From NCBI GenBank assembly GCA_951406725.2, contig OX597817.1:91078001-91142000 (forward strand): 64,000 bases of DNA, given 5' to 3'. The translations under genes and the position numbers were made by a program. The notes beneath the pieces were generated by a model. It searched no databases. It worked only from the letters and a program-made list of their open reading frames with translations, and was not told the origin of the DNA. Source of the DNA: Octopus vulgaris (lineage: Eukaryota). Shown in pieces: positions 32,901 through 46,439 of this stretch. Positions within the stretch are counted from its first letter, which is position 1. Each line of letters begins with the position of its first letter.

Positions 32901-34150
32901 GAAACTTGTAGGGAAAGCACAGACATGTGCAATACCAGGCAGGTCGATCCAGGACAATCTACACCTTATCTGCTACACTTTAGACTGTGTTGGTAAACTT
33001 TCCGGTAAAAGTGGAGCAATGGTCCATTTAGACCAAAGTAGAGCATTTGATAGGGTAGACCATCGGTACCTGGTGGCGGTCCTCAAAGTGGCTGGGCATG
33101 GGTTTTCATGGGTGGATCTCCGCTATGTACAGCAGCATCAAGTCCACAGTCCAGATAAAGGGTTACCTGATGGAGCTGTTTTCGATCAAGCACTCAGTTT
33201 GTCAAGGGTGTCCCATGTCTCCGCTTCTGTATGTGTTGGCTCTTGAGCCATTGCTGCGGAAGTTGGAGAAGTTGGGAAGCAACCCTAATGAAACTGGATG
33301 CCGTAAGTCTGTTTCTGCTTATGCGGATGACGTCACCTTCATCGTGTCCAATGAAGCACAGCTACCTTGTGTAGAAGATGCTATCAGAGGATACGAGGTG
33401 GTGGTAGTGGCAAAAATTAACAAGGACAAGTCCATTGGCTTGCACCTTGACACCTGGAGGAGCAAGTCGATATTGTCCAGTGTTGTGGGTCACTGGCCAG
33501 ATGGCCCTGTTAAGTTGCTTGGAGTTTAGTTTGGACTGGACTCCCAGACAGAGAAGAATTGGAGCAAGATGGCAGACAGGGTGGAGGCACTAGTCCAGAC
33601 TTGGTCTGGAAGGCCTCTGTCCTTGAAAGGAAGGGCAGAGGTGGTACAGGTGTTTATTGCATCTGTAGTCACCTACCGCCTGACTGTTATCCCTTGCCCC
33701 GATTCATGACTAAACAAGTTGGAACACCTCCTTTTCCGCTTTTTGTGGAAAGGAGGAAAGCCACTTGTGAGGTGCTCCATTTGCTGCCAGGAATCGTTAA
33801 AGGGTGGGTTAGGAATGCTGTGGCTAATGATGCACAGACATGCGTTGAGGCTGAGACATCTCTGGTATCACCTGGAAGGTGATAAGGTGATTCTTCCCAT
33901 GACCAGCCTCTATGGGGAGATTTAAACCCAGTTTCATAAAAAGACGTAATCTGACTGTATAGCAAAGGGATTGCCAATAGGCACTCACGCTTATCCACAA
34001 GAGGGGCAAGGCCAGCAGTGGGAAAACCACTTCAATGTTCTATAGAGGGCTGGTAGAGTACATCCTAGGAGGGGCTCTGGGGTTCGATGAGAACCAACTC
34101 ACCAGCCTGTTCAAAAATACTTTCAGGCCAGGTTATTTGGATAATTACCA
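29990..34150 (+). mobile_element. Degenerate Tx1/L1-type LINE: ORF1 (CCHC) and ORF2 (APE + RT), 3' end missing
   Basis: CFKCGQNGHIHSTC; VAIATESK, LVGDFN; GLDGLPYEFY, NYRPITLLNVELKILAK, LDQSRAFDRVDH, QGCPMSPLLY, AYADDVT; multiple stops and frameshifts. Confidence 0.92.
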
Positions 34151-34159
34151 AAAAAACAA

Positions 34160-35045
34160 AACTTTAAGTATCCAGAAATGCCAATAACAGTTTGAACAGT
34201 TTTGCTTGGAAATTTTTTTCACTAATTTTCCTTGGTCTAAATGATCTAGTTCTGTCAATATTGAGCTTCTGAAAACTGTAGTTGAGGAAAATTCAAAGCA
34301 AACTGAATCAGAATTAGAGAAATAGTTCAAGTCACGCCAGTCTTTAAACATAAAACATTTTCATGAAATAGGAAAAGTGTCAAAGCTTGGTTAGTAGGTC
34401 CCTCATCATCTGACTGTTTCTCAGTTTGTTTGCTATTGATGAGTAGAACCATTCTAGAGTAGAATTATCACAAGTGATGAAAAGTGGATCCTCTATAAAC
34501 ATAGGCAATGAAAGTAATAATGGGTATCTCACAATGAAAATAGAGAGCTCATCCTCAAACCAGAGCTACACCTGAAAAAAGTTATGCTCTGTATTTGATG
34601 GGATATGAAGGGCGTCATCTATCATGAAGTGTTGAAACAAAATGAAACAGTTAAATTGGAGAAATATTGCTGTCAAGTGCAAGGCCACATATTGCCTGAG
34701 TCACTCAGGAAAAGATTATTGCACTAATTATGGAAGTTTTTGCCTCATCCTCCTTGCTCTCCTGACCTTGTTCTATCTGACTCTCATCTTTTCAGATCAT
34801 TGCAATATTATTTGGAGGGGAAAATTTTTATTAATGGTGAAGATATTAAAAATTATACTCAGTGCTTCTTTGATTTGAAACCTGAAGAATTTTATGCCCA
34901 AGGGATCAACAATTTGCTAAGTAGATGGGATTATGTTATCAATAATGAGAGGAAATATATTGATTAACTATCTCTATTAAGATCAAAGAAACATTTGTTT
35001 CTTTTTCATCTTGAAATCCAGCAGGATTTTCTTTCTAACCTAACA
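34160..35045 (+). mobile_element. mariner (DD34D) remnant with right TIR
   Basis: GKVSKLG**VPH, ITSDEKWILY, KVMLCI*WD, HPPCSPDLVLSDSHLFRSL; ends TTTCTAACCTAACA. Confidence 0.9.
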
Positions 35046-35064
35046 TATCCATATATGCATGCAT

Positions 35065-35486
35065 ATATACATACACATACACATACATACATACATACAT
35101 ACATACATACATACATACATACATACATACATACATACATACATACATACACACACACATACACACACATATATACATACATGAATACACATAAACACAT
35201 ACACATGCACACAAACACACACACATGCACATACATACATACATGCATACACACATACATATACATACAGACATACATACATATATACACACATACGTAC
35301 ATGCACACATACACACATACATACACAGACATGCATACATACACACATGCTTACATACATACACATGCACACATACATACATACACATATACATACATAT
35401 ACACACACATACATACACACACACACACATACATACATACATACATACATACATACATACATACATACATACATACATACATACAT
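35065..35486. repeat. (TACA)n/(CA)n compound microsatellite
   Basis: Seen directly. Confidence 0.95.
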
Positions 35487-35489
35487 GTA

Positions 35490-38400
35490 AGTTACTGGAA
35501 AATTAATACCCTCAAATACACAGTTGCTATCACTCCTATAGAACACCTAGGAGAAATCTGCAGTATACATGATAATGAAACCACTAAACAGAAGTAACTT
35601 TATTGGAAAACATGACTCGAAGAAAACATCAACAATCTACACTATCATATTGGATGGCTAACTATGATAATAAAATGTAAGGAGAATAATGAGTTTTCAT
35701 TTCATCAGTTACATCTTATGAACAAATTAACAAAACTGTATGGTGACTCTTCACAGCAGGCTCTTGACAGAAAGTTAATTACTCTAAAACATGAACTTAA
35801 GATACCGAGTGAAAATCTTTGCTGTTGTAGGTAAACTTTTAAATAAGCCTGTATAAATCACAAGTTTGCTTCTGACTCAAAGATATTTTGAATCCTTCTG
35901 GTTGAAAATCTGGAATGAAAAGCAGGATCTCAACCTTAATGCAACATGACTAAATGCAGTAAAGAGTTAATACCAGCATCAACAGTAAAGCATATGCAAT
36001 TAACCCAGAAATTTTCCCCATAGCTATAGGCAAACTGCATAATGGGAAGATAACTGGAATGGACCTATTAGTTAGATAGTGGTATTAGAGATTGACATTT
36101 TGCAGAAAACCACTTAGATGTATATTCAAAAACACTATGGAAGGTTAGATTGACATACCAAATTAGCCTGCTATAGCAAGGACAAATCTTGTAGCCAAGA
36201 ATGAAACCACTGAGTTGGCTGAAAATTATTAACCTGTAGCTTGCTTAAATATTATGTACAAACTGTATACATGCTGTCTCAATCAATTCCTCCAGGATCA
36301 TTGTAAGTTCAATGACATAGTGACTGATGAGCATGCAGGAGAAAGAAGGGAGTGTGAGCATGTGCTGTACAACTTCTGATAAACAAAGCTGTACTGTCTG
36401 AGGTAAAAAAAACAAACAAGCAAGCAAAAAAAAAAAACATCATAGGAGCCTTACAACAGTATGGCTTGATTATAGGAAGGCATTTGACTGTTCCCCACTC
36501 ATGGTTGCTGAAGTGTCTCCATTTGGCAAAAGTGCCTGCTATCTTAATTGCAGTCATTGAAAGGCTTACAAAAACCTGGGCAACAATTCTTACACTTAGT
36601 ACTAAGAACAAAATGATTATCTCCAATGTTATAAATATCTCAAAGGGAATATCCCAAAGAGATAGTCTTTCTGTAACTCTGTTCATCTTGGCATTAAATC
36701 CATTGTCATTCTTGTTACAAAAATCAAATGACTACACACGAAGGTCTGCAACTCCAAGAGATATTAATGTTGCCCATCATTTCTTTACAGATGCCCTCAA
36801 GATTTATGCTGAAAATGTTAACAATGCCAAAATCAGCTGGAATTAATAACAATATTTTTAGCTGACATATTAATGGAATTTGGCCACAAGAAATGTTCAT
36901 ATCTGATTGTTGAGCAGGGAAAACCAGTCCTGTAGATCCAAAACCTGTGCATCTGTGGTCTCACTATCTCTCCTGTCACACACAAGGTATGGTACAACTA
37001 CCTAGGCATTAATGAAAACATGTCATATGAAGGAACTGGGTATAAAGATGGAGTGACCCTAGAATATTACACCAAACTTTACAAAATATGGCAACTGAAA
37101 CTCTCCTCTTACAACAAGACAATATCCTATAATGCATTTGCCACTGCAGTCCTGATTCCACCACTGATGGGTCTGTAGAAGAAATTCACTCTATAGTTGT
37201 TAAAATTAACAAGATATTGATATCAGCTGGAGATCTCCACAGGAATAGTGATATTGACAGGCTGTATCTAAGAAGATATAAAGGCAGTAGAGGCTTGAAA
37301 TCAGTGCAAACAACCATCAAATGTCACAGTCTCTCTCAGACAGTACTTGCTACACAGAGTAGCAAAAATAAATACATTAATTTAGTGCTGGAAAGTGAAG
37401 AGAACAATATCCTATGTGTTGGCAGCAAGTTCCTTGAGAAGTACTTTCTTCCTGATGACTTTCAATACAACCCAAAACAGTTGGACTAAAATACCTCAAA
37501 GAAGACCTGGATACGAAATGTTCAGCATATCAAATAACAAAGAAAAAAAAACAAAAAGCAAAAATAACCCATACATTTGTATGTTCCCTGGAAACTTGAA
37601 AAAGAAAGTAGTATTGACATGAAGTGAAGACTCTCTTGAACTCATGACCACTACATTACATCACACTTTGAAGGCTATGCATTTACAATCCAAGAACAGA
37701 AAATTGCTATGAAATAGTAATCAAAAGTGATAGTGAAGCTGTTGGAGCCCCAAGATGCAACCAAAAATGTAGATTATGACATATTTCTCTAGAAGACATC
37801 ACACATGTATTTAAAAAATGTGATAGGACATTGATGCAAAAACAATATACAATGCCATCCAATTAAAAGGCTGTTTTGGATAAAATATAGTGTATTCCCC
37901 TGTTATTGAAGATCTACACAAATATCAATGCAAGGGATACTGGTGGAACATTCCCATCAAAACATTTGTCAAATGTAAGCATAATGGGCTGGATATTGTT
38001 GTTTGGGGCAGACAAGAAAAAGTGTGTAAGGCGGCGAGCTGGCAGAAATGTTAGCACACTGGGCAAAATGTGTAGCAGTATTTCGTCTGTCTTTACGTTC
38101 TGAGTTCAAATTCTGCCAAGGTCGACTTTGCCTTTCATTCTTTCGAGGTCGATAAATTAAGTACCAGTTACGCACTAGGGTTGATATAATTGACTTAATC
38201 CGTTTGTCTGTCCTTGTTTGACCCCTTTATGTTTAGCCCCTTGTGGGCAGTAAAGAAATAAGAAAAAGTGTGTACCATCGTAGAGACCAGCTGTCCTGCT
38301 GATGTGAATATCTCTTTGAAAATCAAAGAGAAAGAAGACAATTATGGACAACTGCTTCTATACTCGGATTACAAACTTACATTTACACCAACAATAACTA

Positions 38401-38640
38401 GTGTGCTTGGTTTTGTAAGTAAATGCCTAACTAACAATCAGGATAGGCTAGGATTTTCAGAAAAACAAACATACCAAGTAACTCATACACTACAAACACA
38501 ATCTGTGAATAGAACAGTAAGAATATGCAAGACTTTTCTCAAGTTTAAAATGAAACATGATTTTTGTTATCTACATTTCAATGATGGAGTTTTGTATCTT
38601 TGTTAGAAATCAATTTCTTCAACGGAAGAATTTAAATAAT
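35490..38640 (+). mobile_element. Highly degenerate R4/Dong-type LINE (RT, CCHC, RLE)
   Basis: PVACLNIMYKL, WLDYRKAFD, KGISQRDSLSVTLFILALNPLS, LHRNSDIDRLYLRRYKGSRGL, VETSCPADVNISLKIKEK. Confidence 0.85.
38029..38259 (+). mobile_element. SINE family B, well-preserved copy with 15-bp TSD, inserted in the LINE
   Basis: TSD AAGAAAAAGTGTGTA at 38014-38028 and 38260-38274; B box GAGTTCAAATTC; central GCCTTTCATTCTTTCGAGGTCGATAAA resembles a Meta-type SINE domain (from memory). Confidence 0.9.
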
Positions 38641-38678
38641 TCAAAATAGAAGAGGATTTGTGTACATACATATATTTA

Positions 38679-40896
38679 TCTATATCTGTAAAACAGAGTT
38701 TGTGTGTGTAGTGCATATGTTCCTTATGGATTCAAAAATCAAGTTGCCAATTTTGACGTATGAAGTATCAAAAGATTCAGTTATCATTTGGCAATGAAGT
38801 AAAGTATGTTTTTTGTACAGCATCTCTTTTTTACTACAAAAACAACCTCGAAAACGATGTTGGGTTGCACAATTTTGAGGTCATTTGGGGGCAATATTCT
38901 GATTTGTTTCTATTCTATGTTGACAATTTTAATGTTTTTGGTGTTGAAAAATGCAGCAATGTACAAGGAGTGTTATGAGTGCATTTGTGATGCCCAAAAC
39001 TCTATTCGTCAATGGAAAATTACCAAAAACATGCTATTTTTTGGCACAGTTATTGGAACCTTTTCTGTACCATCCCCTTTGGGGTTTTTTTCCTGAAATT
39101 TCTTCAGATTTCTATGTTTTCAACATAGGAGAATACAGTTTTGCCCAAAAATCACGTTTTTAAAATTTTAATCTCCTGCCTCCCTTAATTTTTAACTTTT
39201 TCAAATTCTGTTTAATCCACATAGAAAAATATAGAGATTATAAATCTGGGAAATGTCTTTTTTTTTAGATTTTAATTTCTCATAAAGAAACACCCAATGC
39301 CCCTTCCCCTACCTATCATTTCCCTACTTGCAAAAAGCTAAAAACACATGCATAGAATTCTACAGAAATAGCAGATGTCAAAAATATCAGACCACCACCA
39401 GACAATTCAACATGCTAGAAACAACAGCTCAATGACGTTATTTCTGAAAAAAAACTTCCCTGCTTTCAAAAAAGCTAAAAGTGAAAAATTCAAAGTTTTT
39501 AGCTTTTTGAATGTGAGGAGATGATGGGTGGAAGTTGAGGAAGGGGATTTGAGCGTTTCTTTCAGAAAATTAGTTTTTCAAATCCTTAAAGACTCGTAAT
39601 CTCTGTATTTTTCTATGTGGATTAAAAAAAAAAAAAAAATTACGAAAAAGTTTAAAATTAAAAAATTAGGATGGGGAGTGGGGAAATTCAAATTTTGAAA
39701 ATGTGTTTTTTGGGCAAAATTCTAATCTCATATATCGTAAACATAGGAACCTGAAGAAACTGTGGGATGCAAATCTCACCTCTGACATGCTAGAAACAAC
39801 AGCTTAACAACACGGTTTCTGAATAAACTTCCTTTTAAGTTTATATCGAAGATCAGGTTTTTAAATACACTCATCACAAACAAAAATGACAAAAGGAAAA
39901 AAAGTCAGGGGAGTTATGATCGAAGTACATACTAAAACCCCTCATAATTTTTTATTTTTAAGAATTTTCACAATTTGTTTTTATTCTGTCTGCTACATAA
40001 TGAAATTAATATGCTCATCCAATAAAAATATTTTTATCCCCACCCCTAATTCCTAAACTTTCTACTGATTTTTGATTTTTTTAAACTTTTGGTTTTAAAA
40101 TATGGACAGCCTGATTCTGCAAAGTCCTTTTCTCATGCAACTTATTTACTGTATTTCTTAGGTTTTCATCATTCATCAGCCATGAAGTCACACATCACTC
40201 CACCTCTGCATACCAACACAACCCGTTTATTTTCAAGAAGCACAGCATCCCTATACATTTGTACCAAAATGCCTACTTCACTAACCCTGCTTACTCATAT
40301 CCTTATATATGTGCATATACATACAGCCCCAAAACTCCCTTTTTTATTCTGTTAACCTCAGCATTGATATAAACTGATATGAAATACACTTGCAGAGAAC
40401 CATAATAATTTTGAACATGGCCTTTTCATTGAGAAAGCTAATGTATATGAGTATTGTTTACAGTTATGAAGAAATATTATGGGATGGGTAAGAACTAGTT
40501 CAGCTTCTATCTGATTTTTAGCCATGAAATTGAGTTGCCAATATTGCTGTATGAGATACCAAAAAATTGAACAATTTTTCAGCTACCAATGTAAAGTAAG
40601 TTTTTGCACAGCAACCATCCCTTACTACAAAAATTAACACCAAAACGAGGCTGGGTCACAAAATTCTGAGGTCATTTTGGAGCAATGTTAGTATTTTCTT
40701 TTAATCTAAGCTGCCATTGTACATATTATTGGTGTCAAAAATTTCAGCATTGTTCATCAGAAAATGACCGAAAAAACATGTTTATAAAAATGAGTTGTTT
40801 GCTTGTAACTCATGTGTTGATTCTGCCCATAAGAAAGGAACAAATAATACAATATGGCTGTAGGTCATGACACCCAAGCAATGCCAGGGTGCATTG

Positions 40897-40900
<4 letters not shown>
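38679..40900 (+). mobile_element. Non-autonomous Helitron
   Basis: A|TCTATATCTGTAAAA start; 3' hairpin GCAATGC-CAGGGT-GCATTGC ending in CTAG|T; no TSD. Confidence 0.7.
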
Positions 40901-40973
<73 letters not shown>

Positions 40974-41813
40974 GTATATAAACGTGCGTGAGTTGTCTAA
41001 GAGACCCAAAGTCAGGAAGAAGATGCACTCATATATGCATATATTAGTAGAGTGGGTATGTTATCTGAATTTTATTGCATTAAGTATCCGTCATGGCTGG
41101 TCTTACCAATCAGTTTCACACAAAAATACTATATAATGTTACATAACAATCCAATTATATAATTATGCTCATCAGAGGTAGCTGATATGGAAGGAAATAT
41201 GGCGACTACTCTCTGTTGTCAGAGAGAAATAAAAGTAGAGAAATAAAAAATGGGCCAGGGGAATTGGCTAGGAGTTATGTTCTTTGGTTAGGTATGTTGT
41301 GAAGCCGTCAAGAGTTATCTTGAAGTGGGAAGAAAAGTGTGTATTAATAATGTGGTGTGCATTATGAAAACCCCACAACTTCATCCTTTACCAAAAGAAA
41401 ATAGACCAACAAACACAGCACTATATATATACCTACACCCTCAGAAAAAATTATAAATATGACACCATTACACATATCACACACCCCATACCACACACTC
41501 CATCCCCGCAAATAAAAACACATACAATAAGAATACAAAATACAAAATGACTGATCGTTAGTAAGGAAGACACACAAATAAGAAAGAAGAAAACAAAGGA
41601 CCACTGATGAGGTCACAGAAGTGTGATGAAAGAACTCTGGCTGAAATATAATTAATGTCAAAAATGAAGTAAAGCTGAAGCAAATTAACACCAAATATAT
41701 AGTGCATGTGTTTCTATTGGCTAAACTGGCAACATGACCATCCCCAAATACAACAATATCTGTTTCAACACATGATTTCACATCAGAAATCTTGCAAAAC
41801 GAATGTAGAAACG

Positions 41814-41846
<33 letters not shown>

Positions 41847-41871
41847 ATATATATTCATATATGTATATATA

Positions 41872-42060
41872 CTGGAGTCAGCACATAAATGTGAAACAAG
41901 GTGGAAAAAGAGAGTACTCAAATACCAGAGGTAGAGTAATATGCTATAATTAAAAACAGCAGAAATATCACAAAAACTTTTAATCAAGGTTTCATGTTCC
42001 CCTTCGTTGGAGTTTTGTTAAAATGGAACAGAAATGACGATTTAATCAAACAAAAACAAA
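41872..42060 (-). mobile_element. Degenerate PLE-like 3' end abutting (TA)n
   Basis: Decayed HHR-like CAAAACTCCAACGAAGGGGAACATGAAAC on the minus strand; ends in a TA tract. Confidence 0.35.
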
Positions 42061-42163
42061 AACTAGTTTAAAGGATACACCTTTGAAAATGGTTTTGTTT
42101 CATTTATGGGAATAAAATCTTGTCTTGAAATAATTTTCTGAAGCCCCTGTGTATGTTTTATAT

Positions 42164-42403
42164 GCCATATGGCATAGTGGTTAAGAGCGTGGGCTACTAA
42201 CCCCAAGATTCCGAGTTCAATTCCAGGCAGTGACTTGAATAATAATAATAATAATAATAACATCGAAAAATACCATTGGAATGAGAACCCAGATTTGAAA
42301 TTTCCCCAGGACACCTAATGAAGGTTGGAGGGTATATCAGCTGAAACGTTGTGTTAACAACAAACAAGATGAGGACAAATATCCATCAAATGTAAATAAT
42401 GTA
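42164..42403 (+). mobile_element. tRNA-headed short element carrying a hammerhead motif
   Basis: A box TGGCATAGTGG, CTACTAA loop, B box GAGTTCAATTCC; (AAT)n spacer; GACAC-CTAATGA-A-GGTTG..CAGCT-GAAACGTT-GTGTT at 42310-42355. Confidence 0.7.
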
Positions 42404-42677
42404 AAATGTGTGTGTTTGTGGCTGTGTAGATGACAGGTTTCTCGTTTCAAGCTATCAAAATATCATTCACAAGACATTGGTCAACCCACATCTGCTGTAG
42501 AAGACAATTACCAATAGTGTCCACCCAGTGAGACAAATCCTACACCATCTGAAATGAATGTCTTACTTAGATACATGGCTTTGATGATGGTCATCATCTT
42601 CATCAACAACATTATCATGGTTGTCACCATCATCGTTGTTGTAATTGTTGTCATCGGCGGTGTCATTGTTGTCGTCG

Positions 42678-42709
<32 letters not shown>

Positions 42710-43086
42710 GTCGTAATCATCGTCATTGTCATCGTCATCATCATCAACATCATCATTGTCATCATCATCATTGTGTTAGCATCAACTTTTCCATGTTTCC
42801 ATGGGTCATATTGAGGAAAGTTTCCTGCAGCCAGATGCCGTTTTGTTTGCTAACCCTTATCCATTTCCAAGCAAAGTAATATTTGCCCATACACAGACCA
42901 GTTTTTACAGAATATAGGAAATGAATGGCATTCATTTACATTAAACACACAATGTCAAAATGAGACACAAACACACACACACCCACATACACACACATGC
43001 ACACACACACACACACACACACATACACACTAAAAGCTTCTTTTAGTTTCTGTCTATCATATCCACTCACAAGGCTTTGATGAGCT

Positions 43087-43372
43087 TGGGGCCGATGCCA
43101 GCGCAGCCTTGACTGGCTTCCGTGCTGGTGGCATGTAAAAAGCACCAACCGATCATGGCCACTGCCAGCCTCCCCTTGCACCTGTGCCAGCGGCACGTAA
43201 AAAGCACCCACTACACTCACAGAGTGGTTGGCATTAGTAAGGGCATCCAGCTGTAGAAACACTGCCAGATCAGACTGGAGCCTGGTGCAGCCTCCTGGCT
43301 TCTCAGACATCAGCTGAACCATTCAACCCATGCTAGCATGGTAAACGGACGTTAAACGATAATGATGATGAT
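43087..43372 (+). mobile_element. RTE 3' tail inserted in a minus-strand SINE A (~43020-43470)
   Basis: AAGGGCATCCAGCTGTAG..(ATG)n tail with SINE halves on both sides. Confidence 0.8.
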
Positions 43373-43606
43373 GGGGCTATAGCTGAAAACATTTGCCCAT
43401 GGTGACATACATGTTGTGGGACTGAAGCTGAAACCATGTGGTTGGGAAGCAAACTTAATGACCATACAACTATGATGTGGGATGAGATGAAAATAAAAGA
43501 TAACAAACAAAAATAACTGATAACAAATAAATGATGAACTGTGTATTATATTAGTTGTGAAAGGAGAATAGAGGAGTTAAGATAGATTTGAATATTAGTT
43601 CTATCT

Positions 43607-43812
43607 AAGGCAACAAGCTGGCTGAATCATTGGCACTGCCAGGCAAAATGCTTTGCGACAATTTGCCCATCTTCATATTCTGAGTTCAAATTCTGTCAAG
43701 GACAACTTTGCCTGTCACCTTTCAGGGTTGATTAAATAAGTACCAGTTGAGCACTGGGGCTGATGTAATCGACCTTATCCTTGCTGGCCTTGAGCTAAAA
43801 TTTGAAGCCAAT
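43607..43812 (+). mobile_element. SINE family B
   Basis: Aligns to 38029-38200; further copies at ~20180-20370(-), ~26350-26510, ~57520-57740. Confidence 0.8.
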
Positions 43813-44459
43813 ATTAATTGTATCAGATTACATTAAGGATATTTATATTTGGAGAAAAAGTGTTAAGTTTCGAAATATGTTTTGGAACACGAAAGGAAAT
43901 TAGATACATTTCATTATGTTTCACATAGATCAGCAATTTAATGTAAGCAACAAACACCTCTTGGGATCACTGTAAGTGGGCAGCAAATATCAAGGGAGCG
44001 TTATGATTGAGTTGGGGAACTAACAGTTTTGAGGAGTCCTGATTTTTCTTAGAAATATAATATTTTTATCAGATACACTGTTTAATTTTTTTACACATTT
44101 TCATCAAGATCTTTGTCAGGATTAGAAATTTAATGGAACATTGTGTTATTAGGAAGTAGGAACATGACTGATGGTGCACCAAGGTTTGGTATACTTTCAT
44201 TATATAAGTCCTCAGTTTCTTAAAAGATTTCCATAAAAATTTAATACATGGGTGCCAGTCTGTATGAATATCTAAAAAAACACAAGTTTGGTGGGATAGT
44301 ATAAGAAAATTGTGTGATAGACCACTGCACAAATTTGGCTTTCATTTCATTAAAAGAATCCATTTTATTTACTTATTCATTTAGTTATATTCACAAAATA
44401 CAGGAGATGGGGGGTTGTATCTATTTTTGTAATCCTAATGAGAGAAATCAGTAGTTTCA

Positions 44460-45010
44460 TTCTGGAAAGGCTTCAGAACCTGTTGTCAAACAAAGGCAGT
44501 TTCAACCGAAGGTCATGTTATGTGTTTGGTGGAATTCCGTGGGGATGTTGCCCTTTGAGTTCATCCCATGTGGTTATGCTGTGAACACTAACTTTTGTGC
44601 CCAATAACTGCAGTGAGTATATGAAACATTGAAAGCCTGATATCCAGCATTGGTCAGCTAAAGACACACACTCCTACAGTATGACAATGTGATCAAACAC
44701 AAACTTAAGGAACTTGATGGACTTGCCTCACCCTGCCCACAGTCCAGACCTTGCACCATCAGTCTGGCAGCTTTTCTGAACTCTGACTCATCTCTTACAC
44801 AGACAGATGTTCAACAATGTGTACAGGGAGTTCTTTACTTCTAAACCAGCCAAATGGTATATGCATAAAATTGAACTTTGGGCACATTGAGGGTGACAGT
44901 CAATAGAATATGATGGGATGTATTTTGATGAATAAATGCTTTTCATGTGTAATTTGTTTGAACCATTGATTAAAGCTTGAAATACGAAAAAATATTTTTG
45001 ACAACTTGTA
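44460..45010 (+). mobile_element. mariner 3' remnant
   Basis: KVMLCVWWNS; LPHPAHSPDLAPS. Confidence 0.8.
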
Positions 45011-45333
45011 TATATATATATATATACACACACATATGTTAATTATTAGTGGCAGAAGCAGTCTCAATACGAAAAGGAAATCTTTATATCCAACTTAACA
45101 TGGATGTCTTGTTAGAACAACAAATACTGGGTTGTTAGTCTTTGGTGCATAAAAACACTCAGAGATCATTGCTGACAAGAAGCATCAGTCATGGATGCCA
45201 GAATTCCCATATCATGTAATTTCATTCTACTGAAAATCATCAGTGAGAAGCATCTGACCATCACATTTCCAGTAGAATGGACTCATGTGGTATGGGAATT
45301 CTGGTGCCCATGACAGACGATTATCATTTGCTA

Positions 45334-45368
<35 letters not shown>

Positions 45369-45436
45369 CTTTTATGCACCAAGCACCTATATGACAGGAT
45401 CTCTCAAGGTTAGTAACATATATACATACATACATA

Positions 45437-45502
<66 letters not shown>

Positions 45503-46439
45503 TGTGTGTGTGTGTAAGAAATATATCATTTTTTATATGGTCGAACTTGTAGTATTACTATAAATTACACTTTCAACATTTATGCCTTTCTACATTTATT
45601 CCAGTCCATTATATCTCATGGCCACTGTCATAGGTTGTTAGAGAACATCAACCAGTCTGCTAAATTTACATAGCAAAATGCAGATTGAACATTCTGGAAC
45701 ATTTCATGTTTACTATAATTAAGCTGTACACAAAATTCTTATCAGAGATCATGTAAAGACAGCTGGGCATTACAATCACCTGCACCAGTATCAAGAGACA
45801 AGTTGATCACATTTTCTCACCTCTCTCTCACCTTCACATTTATTCCATTTCTCTTTTTCACATACACACTGTCAGGGACAGCAGGAAATATGTATTTAGC
45901 AGACACACAATTTTCATATCATTCTCTAATGTATATACCCCAAAACAGACAATGGAAATAATACTTGTTAATCATTAATTCATCCACGCAGGACTTTTCT
46001 CTGACTGAGTATAACAGCTTTCTGGTCAAGCAAAGTAATGTAATAAGAATAAATATACTGGTGATTTGAAAATGTACATTATGGTATTTGATTCGTACTG
46101 CACTAACTATTCAACACTTCTTTGTTATAATAGTTAATCTTGACAGAATAGCTTTACTAACAACTAAGTAGTACTTTTACTTTCTTAAAATGCCTTGCAG
46201 CAATCTTACTAGATGTCTGCAACAATTTTTCAGCAGGTGACGACTCTGCAAATAAAATATAGCTTATGAACAAAAAATAAGGATACACCTTTTAAGCTGA
46301 ATGCAGCTAAGGATTCACTTATTGTGGATATCTGAACAATTAAAACACAATTTACATGGTGTTTGAGCTAAATTCAACAGTTTGCATAATAGGAAAGCAA
46401 AATACAATATTCCATCCAAAAATAAAAGTATTTAAAAAA

